64,000 nt of DNA from an uncultured bacterium (GTDB lineage Bacteria > Chlamydiota > Chlamydiia > Chlamydiales > SM23-39). The first letter of the stretch is position 1. Each line of letters opens with the position of its first letter. This document shows, one piece after another, positions 28,679 to 37,987 of this stretch. The notes below the pieces were generated by a model that was not told the DNA's origin, made no database searches, and saw only the letters and a list, made by a program, of their open reading frames with translations. A program made the translations under genes and the position numbers. The stretch is from positions 544,001 through 608,000 of the forward strand of contig OY970323.1 in assembly GCA_963716985.1 (NCBI GenBank), read 5' to 3'.

Positions 28679-29266
28679 ATGTCAGTCATGGAAACAAAAA
28701 GGGTAGTAGCGGAGGCAAGAATGATTGTCGCATCTTTGGGTGATGGCAATAAAATGAAAATTGCTTTGTTAGGTATGAACAAAGACGGTACGACGGGCTC
28801 TAGGATAAATTCTGTTTTTAAGAAGTTCTCTTTGGATTACGCAGCCTATTCTCGCTTTTCGTGTATAGCACATTTCATCAGTTGGTGTGGTGGTGATGAA
28901 TACACAATAATAAAACTTGAAAATGTATGGCAAAAAAAATCAGGTTTGGGAAAAACAATTATAAAAAAGAACCAATATTTTGTTGTGAAGAAGGACGACA
29001 TTACAACGCTGCATGGTGCTGTTCAAGGACAAGTACAAGTACAAGTAAATAAATCTGGATCTGTAACCTCGCTTGAGGTTGTAAAGACTCCCGAGGAGGA
29101 AGCTCAGGAAGCTCAGAGAGCGAAGAAGCAAGATCAGAAAGCAAGGCAAATGTTTGAATCCACTCTCGGGCCCCTTTTCGATCAAAAGCTGCAAACTAGG
29201 CTTCCAGCCACGGAAAACTTACAGCGAACGAAGCACCAGTATGGGTCTAACGAACCACCCATATAA
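28679..29266 (+). CDS. Hypothetical protein, paralog B
   Basis: Paralog of 27691-28143 with a longer C-terminus. Confidence 0.7.
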   Translation: MSVMETKRVVAEARMIVASLGDGNKMKIALLGMNKDGTTGSRINSVFKKFSLDYAAYSRFSCIAHFISWCGGDEYTIIKLENVWQKKSGLGKTIIKKNQYFVVKKDDITTLHGAVQGQVQVQVNKSGSVTSLEVVKTPEEEAQEAQRAKKQDQKARQMFESTLGPLFDQKLQTRLPATENLQRTKHQYGSNEPPI

Positions 29267-29279
29267 AAAAAACCGCTTA

Positions 29280-29490
29280 TAAAATCCATTGATCGGGTAG
29301 TAGCTCGTCGAGACGATTTGCTGGATGGCTCATATACCTCCGTAGGAGATCTTCTAAATATTCACGGGGATTGATCTCTAGTCCTCGGCATGTTTGAACT
29401 AATGATAGCAATACTGCGACAGTCTCGCCACCCTCCATGCTACCAAAAAAAGCCAATTTTTTCTTCCTATCGCAAGCCTTTGGTGTGCCG
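29280..29490 (-). pseudogene. IS66 TnpC transposase C-terminal remnant
   Basis: AIGRKNWLF and, after a frameshift, QTCRGLEINPREYLEDLLRRYMSHPANRLDELLPDQW. Confidence 0.85.
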
Positions 29491-29594
29491 GTCTAAAGCC
29501 TGTGGAGCTGCCTAGGTTGTCAGAAGCTGTAAAGCACGAATCTTTCGTCTTTTTGCCGAGGTTCAAATATTCCTGTCCAATCGCCCACAAACTA

Positions 29595-30074
29595 TTAGAG
29601 AAAAAGCGAGAAGATCGTATCTCTGCATCCAATGTATTTAAAAAAACAGACGATTTTTGCTGATACGCTCTTTTCTTCTTTCATTTTTGAAAGGGCGGTT
29701 AAAAGGTCGTCGAGAGAAAGGAAAAGGCCGACGAGACCCATGCTGCCGATTCCTCCGCACCAGTAGGGCCCGGTTTCCAGATTCTGCGAGATAGGGGCAA
29801 GGAGTTCTTCTAGACGGGCTCTAATTACCACGAGCTCCTCTTCGCTTTTGTTTTTGAGCTCAGCATAGAGATTTTTCCCTCCCAAACTCTTTAAATAACC
29901 ATGCAGAGATTCTAAATAGTTCATCGCTTTATGCAGATCAAAGCTGGGAGTGGAATCGATCATCAATCCTTGCATTGGAGGCGCTGAGGTGAGCATCTCA
30001 GGGGCAAAACGCTCCTCCCCTGAGGTGAGTGCTGTTAGAGGGAAAAGAAAGAGGCAAAGAGCGATCTTTTTCAC
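29595..30074 (-). CDS. Hypothetical protein with signal peptide
   Basis: MKKIALCLFLFPLTA; co-oriented with the upstream gene. Confidence 0.55.
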   Translation of the reverse strand: MKKIALCLFLFPLTALTSGEERFAPEMLTSAPPMQGLMIDSTPSFDLHKAMNYLESLHGYLKSLGGKNLYAELKNKSEEELVVIRARLEELLAPISQNLETGPYWCGGIGSMGLVGLFLSLDDLLTALSKMKEEKSVSAKIVCFFKYIGCRDTIFSLFL

Positions 30075-30081
30075 GGATTTC

Positions 30082-30735
30082 CTACAGGTGAGGGGTTTTT
30101 TTTAAAATCGCATCGCAGATTTCAATCAAGAGCTCCGCATCACCCGGCAAGAGATCGTTTTCGGGATCGGAAAAATTGGGATTGAGAGAAGCGCTGGTTT
30201 GAAAATTCTCTTTGGCATTCTGCACACGGCCGAGCAGCAGTTCTTTCACTCCTTGGACGATGTAATAGCCGGGATGTTTGGGGTTTATCTGGATGGCAAT
30301 CTCAATATTTGTTTCGACCGTAGTGAGAAGGGTGGAAAATTCTTTTTGCATCATTTCCCGACTGGAGGGCGTTTCGACATCTTCAGCAAAGTCCTCTTCC
30401 CATTCTTGCAGCCTTGCGCTGATTTCGGCGAGTGCATCGAGCGCTTTTTTGTAATAGAGCGCAGCTTTTTGTTCTTCGGGATTTTCCCTCTTGGAAAAAG
30501 GAAGCCGGAAATCCTTTTGGCGATTAAAGGAAAGGGGTGGATCTTCTCGTTTTTGGACGCGATCTTGTGCTTTTTCTTCTTTCGGGGCGAAGTGTTGGAA
30601 AATGCCTTGCAGCTGGTTGGTCTCATGAGGAAGGGTAGTTGCAAAAGCGTTTTGCCCCAAAAAAAGAAAGAATGCGAGAAGTTTGAGAGAGAGGGAAAAC
30701 TTTTTCTTCTCAAAGGAAAGAAAATTTTTGATCAT
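30082..30735 (-). CDS. Exported TPR-like protein
   Basis: Signal peptide ending AFA; TPR-like AIQINPKH and SASLNPNF. Confidence 0.6.
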   Translation of the reverse strand: MIKNFLSFEKKKFSLSLKLLAFFLFLGQNAFATTLPHETNQLQGIFQHFAPKEEKAQDRVQKREDPPLSFNRQKDFRLPFSKRENPEEQKAALYYKKALDALAEISARLQEWEEDFAEDVETPSSREMMQKEFSTLLTTVETNIEIAIQINPKHPGYYIVQGVKELLLGRVQNAKENFQTSASLNPNFSDPENDLLPGDAELLIEICDAILKKTPHL

Positions 30736-30805
30736 AGGCTCTCTTGCTTGAAAAAAGAAAAAACATTCTAGGAGCCGCTGAGAAAGAGAGCAAGGAGAAA
30801 TTTTG

Positions 30806-30878
30806 CGTCCCCGACACGAGTTGAACGTGCGACCTGTCGCTTAGGAGGCGACCGCTCTATCCGCTGAGCTACGGGGAC
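30806..30878 (-). tRNA. tRNA-Arg(CCT)
   Basis: GTCCCCGTAGCTCAGCGGATAGAGCGGTCGCCTCCTAAGCGACAGGTCGCACGTTCAACTCGTGTCGGGGACG folds as a cloverleaf; anticodon CCT; CCA not encoded. Confidence 0.95.
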
Positions 30879-30961
30879 AAAGAAGAAGGATTGTAACGAA
30901 TAGAGCCTTTTTTTGAGGGAGATTTTTTGAGATTTTTAAAAAAAAGCGCTCTGGAAAGATC

Positions 30962-31954
30962 CTATGAAGTCGGCGACCCTTGAGGAGCTTGTTTTGGGTC
31001 AAGATGTGGCGCAAGAGAGTGTAAATGATAGGTTCCGATTGCTGGAGATGTCGAGTAATCAACCACAAGACCACCTTGTGTTGCTAGGTCGAAAACTTCC
31101 TGGGCTCTCTTTGAAGGTTTTCCGTCGGAATTGTAGGGCATTTCGAATCGAAAACAATCAAATCCACCAAGCCTTGGATTGCATGCATCTGGCAGAAGAG
31201 CACATACTTCTTCTGGAGAGGTGCACTTCTTGATTTGATCTTTAGTAGGGAGTGGACTGGTTGCGGGAAGAAAACGTCTTTCTTTCGAAGGGGGAGGTAG
31301 TTTTCGCGGTTCTCCCGCCCGAGCAAGAGGGCTGTGTAACGGAGGGCAGCAACTAATAGCTATGGCTAATACACCAACCAAAGGCGCGATTTTCCAGGGA
31401 AATTCGATTTTGAAGGCTCCATTAGAGGCAGGAGGGGGCGTTAGAGAATGGGCAATAAGAGCAGAAAAATTGCCGGTAAGCGGTAGCGGCCTTTGAAAAA
31501 ATGCCTTTTTCACAGTATGTATGGCCCCGAAATGATAAAGCAAACCTGCGGCAATCAGACAGCCGGCGAGCAGCCCATACGTTTTTAATGCCGTTTTGTT
31601 GCAGGGAAGATAGCTATTTTCTTGGGCTTGGCTCAGCTGCTTGAGAGCTTTTTCACTCTCTTTGCGGCTACTATAGTTTTTCCAGCTGACGTAGGTGTGG
31701 TTATAGGTCAAAGCGCCAACATTATAGCAAAGCGATCCGATCAGCCCACAGCCAATCGTGGCATCCAATAATGCTGAAAAAAACTCCGCAAGGGTACGTA
31801 GGGCCCGATTCTGGACGTTGGCAGCTCGATCGAGCAGATGGCTCCAAGAGCGCCAGCCGTAGCTTGCTTGATCTATTTCCAATGGTTTTTGGGCCGAAAA
31901 TAGATCACGGCAGAAGGGATTAAAATATTGATTAAGAAGCTTTGTTGCGTTCAT
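30962..31954 (-). CDS. Hypothetical membrane protein, Pro-rich (effector-like)
   Basis: 330 aa, several hydrophobic segments, extended TATAAT box upstream. Confidence 0.6.
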   Translation of the reverse strand: MNATKLLNQYFNPFCRDLFSAQKPLEIDQASYGWRSWSHLLDRAANVQNRALRTLAEFFSALLDATIGCGLIGSLCYNVGALTYNHTYVSWKNYSSRKESEKALKQLSQAQENSYLPCNKTALKTYGLLAGCLIAAGLLYHFGAIHTVKKAFFQRPLPLTGNFSALIAHSLTPPPASNGAFKIEFPWKIAPLVGVLAIAISCCPPLHSPLARAGEPRKLPPPSKERRFLPATSPLPTKDQIKKCTSPEEVCALLPDACNPRLGGFDCFRFEMPYNSDGKPSKRAQEVFDLATQGGLVVDYSTSPAIGTYHLHSLAPHLDPKQAPQGSPTS

Positions 31955-32160
31955 AGTTCGGGATGTTTTTTGATAATATTATACCATCTATGTCTTTTAT
32001 TTTCAAGGGAAAGAGTTTTGCTATAAACTTATAATAATAAAAAAATTCTTAACATGGGATCCGTTTAGTCTTGAGGCTCAGGTGCTTATAAATTCCTCTC
32101 TGACCTTTAGTTTTCATGGGGAGCATTCGGAGAAAAATAGATAGATATTGTAAAAAAAGT

Positions 32161-33969
32161 TTATTCGTTGGCTTTGAGGACTTCCATAAAGGCGCTTTGG
32201 GGAATCTGCACTTTGCCGATTTCCTTCATGCGCTTTTTCCCCTTTTTCTGCTTTTCCCAGAGTTTGCGCTTGCGTGTGATGTCCCCGCCATAGCATTTGG
32301 CGGTCACGTTTTTCGAAAGTGCGCCAATCGTCTCTCGCGAAATGATCTTCCCTCCGATCGCAGCTTGAATCGGAACTTTAAAGAGCTGTTGGGGAATGAC
32401 CTCTTTGAGTTTTTTGCAGATCGCCCTTCCTTTGCTTTCCGCTTTGGATCGATGAACCATGCAGGAAAATGCATCGACAGGCTCTTCGTTGACCCGGATT
32501 TCGAGCTTGATGATGTCTCCCTGCTCATAACATTCGAACTCATAGTCAAAAGAGCCATAGCCGCGGGTGATCGATTTGAGCTTGTCGTTGAAATCGGTGA
32601 GAATTTCGTTCAAGGGCAAACGATAGGTCAAGAGAAGACGTTTGGAATCGAGGGACTCGGTTTTGAGAAGGTTGCCTCGCTTGTCCATCCCTAAATTCAT
32701 CACGGCTCCTAAATAATCGGAAGGGACCATGATATGGCTTTTGACCCAAGGCTCTTCGACGGACTCGATAGAAGACGGGTCGGGATAATGGGCTACGTTG
32801 TCAATCTCTTTCTGCGTACCGTCGCGAAGAGTGATGCGATAGACAACGCTCGGCGCGGTTGTGATGATGTCTAGTTCAAATTCTCGTCTCAGTCTCTCGA
32901 AAACGATCTCGAGATGCAAAAGGCCCAGAAAGCCGCAGCGAAAGCCAAAGCCAAGCGCCTGGCTGCTCTCCTGTTCGATATAAAGAGCGGAATCATTCAA
33001 CTGGAGTTTGTTGAGAGAGTCGCGAAGGAGTTCATAATCGGAAGAGTCGACGGGATAGATGCTGGCAAAAACAACGGGAGAGATGAGTTTAAATCCGGGA
33101 AGGGGGGTCTGTGCGGGATCTTTATTGAGCGTGATCGTGTCGCCGATCTTCATATCGGCAGTATTTTTCATGTTGGCCGTAAAGTAGCCCACTTCTCCGG
33201 GCCGAAGAACTTCTACCGGTTTTTCGTTGGGAGAGAAGATGCCTACTTCCAGCACTTCAAAAACCTTGCCGGACGACATCATGCGGATCTGCGTTTTTTT
33301 TCGAATCTCTCCGCTGATGATGCGTACGTAGGCCATGGCGCCGCGATAGGGATCGTAGTGGGAATCAAAGACAAGGGCGCGAAGGCGATTGTCTTCCGGC
33401 TCTTTGGGGCAGGGGATTTGCGTGAGTATGCGTTCGAGGATCTCCTCCACGCCCTTTCCGGTCTTCCCGGATGCCAAAACGAGATTTTCCGTGTCGATTC
33501 CCAAGATGTCTTCGATCTGTTTTTTGACCTCATCGGGCTGGGCGGAGGGCAAATCAATTTTATTGAGAACGGGAACGATCTCTAGGTTTCTGTCCATGGC
33601 CAAAAGAACGTTGGCAAGCGTTTGCGCCTGCACGCCCTGGGTGGCGTCAATGATAAGGAGTGCGCCCTCGCAAGCAGCAAGAGATCTGGAAACTTCATAG
33701 GAGAAGTCCACGTGGCCCGGGGTGTCGATGAAATTGATCTGATAGGTCACCTGATTTTTTGCCGTGTAAAACATGGTGACGGGATGGGCTTTGATCGTAA
33801 TGCCGCGCTCTCTTTCAAGGTCCATGCTGTCGAGAAACTGTTCGTGCATTTCTCTTTTCGGAACGGTATTGGTGATTTCTAAAAGCCGGTCGGCCATGGT
33901 CGATTTGCCATGATCGATATGGGCGATAATGGAAAAATTGCGAATGTTGTCTCGATGATACTCAAACAT
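32161..33969 (-). CDS. lepA: Elongation factor 4
   Basis: [41 protein letters not shown]. Confidence 0.98.
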   Translation of the reverse strand: MFEYHRDNIRNFSIIAHIDHGKSTMADRLLEITNTVPKREMHEQFLDSMDLERERGITIKAHPVTMFYTAKNQVTYQINFIDTPGHVDFSYEVSRSLAACEGALLIIDATQGVQAQTLANVLLAMDRNLEIVPVLNKIDLPSAQPDEVKKQIEDILGIDTENLVLASGKTGKGVEEILERILTQIPCPKEPEDNRLRALVFDSHYDPYRGAMAYVRIISGEIRKKTQIRMMSSGKVFEVLEVGIFSPNEKPVEVLRPGEVGYFTANMKNTADMKIGDTITLNKDPAQTPLPGFKLISPVVFASIYPVDSSDYELLRDSLNKLQLNDSALYIEQESSQALGFGFRCGFLGLLHLEIVFERLRREFELDIITTAPSVVYRITLRDGTQKEIDNVAHYPDPSSIESVEEPWVKSHIMVPSDYLGAVMNLGMDKRGNLLKTESLDSKRLLLTYRLPLNEILTDFNDKLKSITRGYGSFDYEFECYEQGDIIKLEIRVNEEPVDAFSCMVHRSKAESKGRAICKKLKEVIPQQLFKVPIQAAIGGKIISRETIGALSKNVTAKCYGGDITRKRKLWEKQKKGKKRMKEIGKVQIPQSAFMEVLKANE

Positions 33970-34158
33970 AACAATCCAAGTAGCTGTCCGGCAGAAGCTT
34001 TCTGTTGTCCGCGGGTTGTTCTTCTAGAATATTTTGAGTGAAGAATAGCAGAAATGCACAATTCGTCCCAGCCTTAAAAGAGCGGTTTTCTTGCATTCTT
34101 TAAAGACAAATTGCAGCCGGAGCCTTCTTGCTTTATGCAGGAAATGGGGGTTTGCGTT

Positions 34159-35220
34159 TTAGAGCTCTCTTGCGCACTCATCGATCGTTGCCAAAAAGTT
34201 CGGGGATAAATTGTCTGCAATCTCCACGGCGAACTCTTGGCTCTCTCTCACAAGGTGTTGGAGGTCGATAGAAGGCGTTTCTTCTGCTGCCAAGCGTTCC
34301 GTATGGAGGGAAAATGCTCTTTTTTCATACACGCGGAGCCTTGCGTAGTCAGTGCGCAGTTGATTGATTTTGCTTTCAGGATCTGGAGGAAGAAATCTTT
34401 GTAATCCGGCGGTAGGCGGAGTAGAAGATCGAATGATTTGCTCGGCAAGGGCACTTGAAAATCGACGAGTCTTTTTTCGTCGTTCTCCTTGGTAGGCGGC
34501 TCGAGCGGCTCTGTATAATTCGGTGTTTGGCAAAAAAGTAAGATCGTTTCGAATCACGGCTCTGATGAGTAGTCTAAAAGCATGATTTTCCGCGCAGCTT
34601 TCTAAATAACGTCTTTTTTCTTCCCATATATGTGTTATTTCATTTCCTTCCCCTGCATAGTCTGTTGTTGTTGCTGTACATATCCCTGAAAGCAATGCTA
34701 CCGGTATAATTACTGGTGTTGAGGTTGCAATTGTTTGTTCTAAGAAGAACAGGTCCGTCGCTATTCCTAGTGCTCCGCCAATTGTAACGACTGTTGTCAG
34801 TTTCACTAACAATGGTAGTGATCTTGACGACTCGTACGCGATTATTCCCGATACAACTCCTGCCACTGCAGTGAATGCTCCTGTAGCTTTGGCTATTCCT
34901 CCGCTTGTCACTATTCCTGCGAATCCTGCGATAACTCCTGCCACAATTGCGATTTGTTTTATTCTTAAGATTTGTAGAGGCAAAGAAGCATAGCCGCGAA
35001 ATTTCTCTGCAAATGTGGTGTAGGTATTTTTTTCAAACTCACTCACTGGATCAGATCGTAAAATGTTTGTGTAAAAGAGGGAGGCCTTTCGAAAAAATGG
35101 ACTTGTGGAAGCACATGCACGCAGGTCTTTTTGGCAGTCTGATATTTTCGAGACGATGGAGTCCCAGAGCTCCGGCGGAAGATTGCCGGGATTTGATCCC
35201 GCTATTTCTACTGTTGTCAT
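34159..35220 (-). CDS. F-box-like plus membrane-hairpin protein (putative effector)
   Basis: N-terminal LPPELWDSIVSKI..KDLRACASTSPFFR; long Gly/Ala-rich hydrophobic middle; C-terminus similar to 61537-62508. Confidence 0.65.
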   Translation of the reverse strand: MTTVEIAGSNPGNLPPELWDSIVSKISDCQKDLRACASTSPFFRKASLFYTNILRSDPVSEFEKNTYTTFAEKFRGYASLPLQILRIKQIAIVAGVIAGFAGIVTSGGIAKATGAFTAVAGVVSGIIAYESSRSLPLLVKLTTVVTIGGALGIATDLFFLEQTIATSTPVIIPVALLSGICTATTTDYAGEGNEITHIWEEKRRYLESCAENHAFRLLIRAVIRNDLTFLPNTELYRAARAAYQGERRKKTRRFSSALAEQIIRSSTPPTAGLQRFLPPDPESKINQLRTDYARLRVYEKRAFSLHTERLAAEETPSIDLQHLVRESQEFAVEIADNLSPNFLATIDECAREL

Positions 35221-35431
35221 GATGTCCGCAAAATAATTGTTTTATATTGTACTCTTTCAGTTTTAATTTTTCAATTATGATTATTTTTTAAAGCTTGTTT
35301 CTTTGATTGTTTTTCAAAGACCGTGAGGAAAAAGCTCGAACGCTTCCTTTTGTCGTTAGCTGGGCCAAGAGGAACTTAAGTATTTCATTGCCAATAATTA
35401 ATTTTATCTTTAAAGTTTCTTAAAAAAAAAT

Positions 35432-36813
35432 GGTTCATCCGACAAATGCGTACCTGGACTCATGTAGATGATAAAGTCGTAATTTAAAATATTCCATATC
35501 TCGAAAGCCATACGCTTGCCTTTTCATCGTTTTAATCTTGTTGTTTATGCCCTCTGCTCCGGCGTTTGAAATGCGATGTTTGAAATAGTTCAACAGCCCT
35601 ATCTTATATCGGTGCAACGTTTTGACCACCCGTCTTAGTGGCTTCAATCCCGTTGCCAAGGCGTCGATTCCCCACATGGTCAGAAAATGTTCCGCATCTT
35701 CCACGGAATCTTTCTTCCAGAAAAGCTGAAACTGTTCTTTTAAAGAATGAGCCAAATATAATGGCGCATTCACTGTAAGTAAAACATCCAGTCGCGTTTT
35801 GTTTTCCAAGTCTAAATTGTCATAATTCGTCAGGAACAAAAACCGACTTCCCTTCAGCGCCTTCGCATCATTCCCATTCAGATTCTGTTGCTGATCTTTT
35901 CTTACTTCGTCTAGAGCTTTGTTCAATATAGCGGTCACATGAAAATGGTCGAATACCACATCCACATTCGGCAAAAATTCTTGCGCTGCTGAATAGTACG
36001 ATGTGCTCATGTCCATGGCGATTGCCTTCAGTTTGGGCGCGCGCTTTGCCAGCTTCTTGAAAAATGGAGCAACAGCTTCTACAGTTCTTCCCTCTACAGA
36101 ATGAATAATTCTTCCCGACCGAAGATCTGTGAAAACCGTCATATATTCATGCCCTTTTCGTATGCTAAATTCATCGACGGTAATGTATTCCAAATCTTCC
36201 AGAGAGATTGTTTTATAGAGCGCTGCCAATTTTTCTTTGTGAATTCTTTTGACGACATTCCAGCTGATGTTGAGGAAACGCGAGACATCCAGGAGAGTGC
36301 TGAAATGCAAAAGATCCAACACGTGTGCCATCATTGAGCGTACCATTCGAAATTTGCCTTTCATAAAAGGCAATTGAGGCCACCATGTACGGCCACATTG
36401 AGGACATTCGACTCGGTGTAACAGCGCATTCAGAAAGCATGGCTTGCCGCCAAATGGAACCATTTTAAATAGTCGCCTTTTCTGTCCTTTGAAATTTGTG
36501 TGTATCCATCCGCATTTGCATTGAGGGGGATCGACCATTTCGGCGTAGATCGTAATCGTTCCCGCTTCAAATTTGGTAGAATGGTATTGAACTCCACTGA
36601 TTCCATATGCATGATACAAAAGAGAAGTAGACATAAAAGAAGCCTCCCCGCAAGGGTGTTGGTTACAAGCTCCTTTTATACGTCTACTTCTTTTGTTTCT
36701 ACCAGCTTTTCAAAATCTCTCATAACTCATAACGCTCTTATAATCAATGTCTTTAAAAATCTATGGATTTAACGCTTTTTCCTGGCTATAGGTACGCATT
36801 TGTCGGATGAACC
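35432..36813 (-). mobile_element. ISL3-family IS, copy 2 (1382 bp)
   Basis: Same TIRs as copy 1; own 8-bp TSD AAAAAAAT; near-identical sequence. Confidence 0.95.
35435..36634 (-). CDS. ISL3-family transposase
   Basis: Protein identical to that of 24569-25768. Confidence 0.95.
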   Translation of the reverse strand: MSTSLLYHAYGISGVQYHSTKFEAGTITIYAEMVDPPQCKCGWIHTNFKGQKRRLFKMVPFGGKPCFLNALLHRVECPQCGRTWWPQLPFMKGKFRMVRSMMAHVLDLLHFSTLLDVSRFLNISWNVVKRIHKEKLAALYKTISLEDLEYITVDEFSIRKGHEYMTVFTDLRSGRIIHSVEGRTVEAVAPFFKKLAKRAPKLKAIAMDMSTSYYSAAQEFLPNVDVVFDHFHVTAILNKALDEVRKDQQQNLNGNDAKALKGSRFLFLTNYDNLDLENKTRLDVLLTVNAPLYLAHSLKEQFQLFWKKDSVEDAEHFLTMWGIDALATGLKPLRRVVKTLHRYKIGLLNYFKHRISNAGAEGINNKIKTMKRQAYGFRDMEYFKLRLYHLHESRYAFVG

Positions 36814-36839
36814 AAAAAAATTTTGTCAGGAAAACAAAC

Positions 36840-37895
36840 ATGGGAATCATTGCCCCAAAAAGCCTGTCGAGATGCAAAGATCAAAGAGATTCCCATGGGG
36901 AATTTTTTGATAGCGGGGAGTTTTTTTCTTTCCCCGTCAATGATAAGATTAATCGGCTGGCTCTTGGAAAGATAGCGCTGAGGCGCAATGCGATTCCCGG
37001 CAGCCGTTTGGTTGCGACGGCCTCCCATGACTTCATGATGGAAATTCTGCCCGATATTTTTGGATCGAAAGCCAAGAAAAAAAAGTCCCTTTTTTATCAT
37101 GCCAATCTTCTCCCTGCGAAGAAGGATGTCTTGGTAAAAGAAGAAATATTGCCGCCGATTGGCATTTTTGGCGAGGAGGGTAGCAGCTGGATGATTGCCC
37201 TCATGCAGTTTTGCATCTTTATCCCAAGCATACGGGCAATGTTTAATTATGTGCCTCCCAGTTTTTCGGAGTTCATGCGCTTTGTGGATCTATATCGTTT
37301 GGACCAGGTAAAAAACAAGAGCGTCACAGGAGCGAGAACGGAGCCCTTGATCGAGCGTCTTCTGGAGAGATTTTCTAGAGATTTTTTCTTGAGAGGCAAA
37401 GAGATCGATCTGTACCTGGTTTTAAAAAAAATGATGGAATTCTTCCTTCCGCCGCGCGAGATGGGCCGGACGAGCAATTTTTTGGCCTACCGTCCCGAAT
37501 GGCAGCTCGATGCTGATTTACGAACCCTTGAGAAATATTCTTCTCTGGAACACTTCTTGCACGAGGAGCTTTTGGCGCGAGAGCTTCCCGCGGAACTTTT
37601 GATTGCTCTTTCCTGCATCTTTGAAAAAACGGAGAGGGGATCTTTGCCGGAACACTTGAAAGGCTACTATCTTTTTTCCAAAGAGAGCCGTCCAGTTGCC
37701 TACGAGCTTATCTCTTTTATTGAATATCGAAGAGATGAGTTTTCTCAAGGCGCATATGTTGCTTATGTAAAAGTAGAAAATGGCTGGTATCAATGTATGA
37801 ACGAGAGGATCGCTGCCATGCGCTCCAACCATTTGAACATTGCTCTGGAAAGAGGATTTCTATTTTATTATCGGCGTCAACGAATGCAATCGTAA
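36840..37895 (+). CDS. USP/C19 deubiquitinase-fold protein lacking catalytic residues
   Basis: Cys-box-like GIFGEEGSSWMIALMQ and His-box-like YELISFIEY...GAYVAYVK...WYQCMNERI. Confidence 0.6.
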   Translation: MGIIAPKSLSRCKDQRDSHGEFFDSGEFFSFPVNDKINRLALGKIALRRNAIPGSRLVATASHDFMMEILPDIFGSKAKKKKSLFYHANLLPAKKDVLVKEEILPPIGIFGEEGSSWMIALMQFCIFIPSIRAMFNYVPPSFSEFMRFVDLYRLDQVKNKSVTGARTEPLIERLLERFSRDFFLRGKEIDLYLVLKKMMEFFLPPREMGRTSNFLAYRPEWQLDADLRTLEKYSSLEHFLHEELLARELPAELLIALSCIFEKTERGSLPEHLKGYYLFSKESRPVAYELISFIEYRRDEFSQGAYVAYVKVENGWYQCMNERIAAMRSNHLNIALERGFLFYYRRQRMQS

Positions 37896-37941
37896 AGAAA
37901 ATCTGTCGTTTTTGAAAACGTCATTTTTGAAAAAGTTTGAA

Positions 37942-37981
37942 AAAAAAGGCCCGGCATCTGAAAAAATGCCGGGCCTTTTTT
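37942..37981. terminator. Bidirectional intrinsic terminator
   Basis: AAAAAAGGCCCGGCAT-N8-ATGCCGGGCCTTTTTT between convergent genes. Confidence 0.85.
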
Positions 37982-37987
37982 GGGATA

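Noticed and set aside
30806..30878. tRNA-anchored integrative island
   Set aside because: No integrase in the window and no duplicated tRNA 3' end found.
24566..36813. Composite transposon formed by the two direct ISL3 copies around tRNA-Arg and lepA
   Set aside because: Each copy has its own matching TSD (AATATTTG; AAAAAAAT), so they inserted independently.
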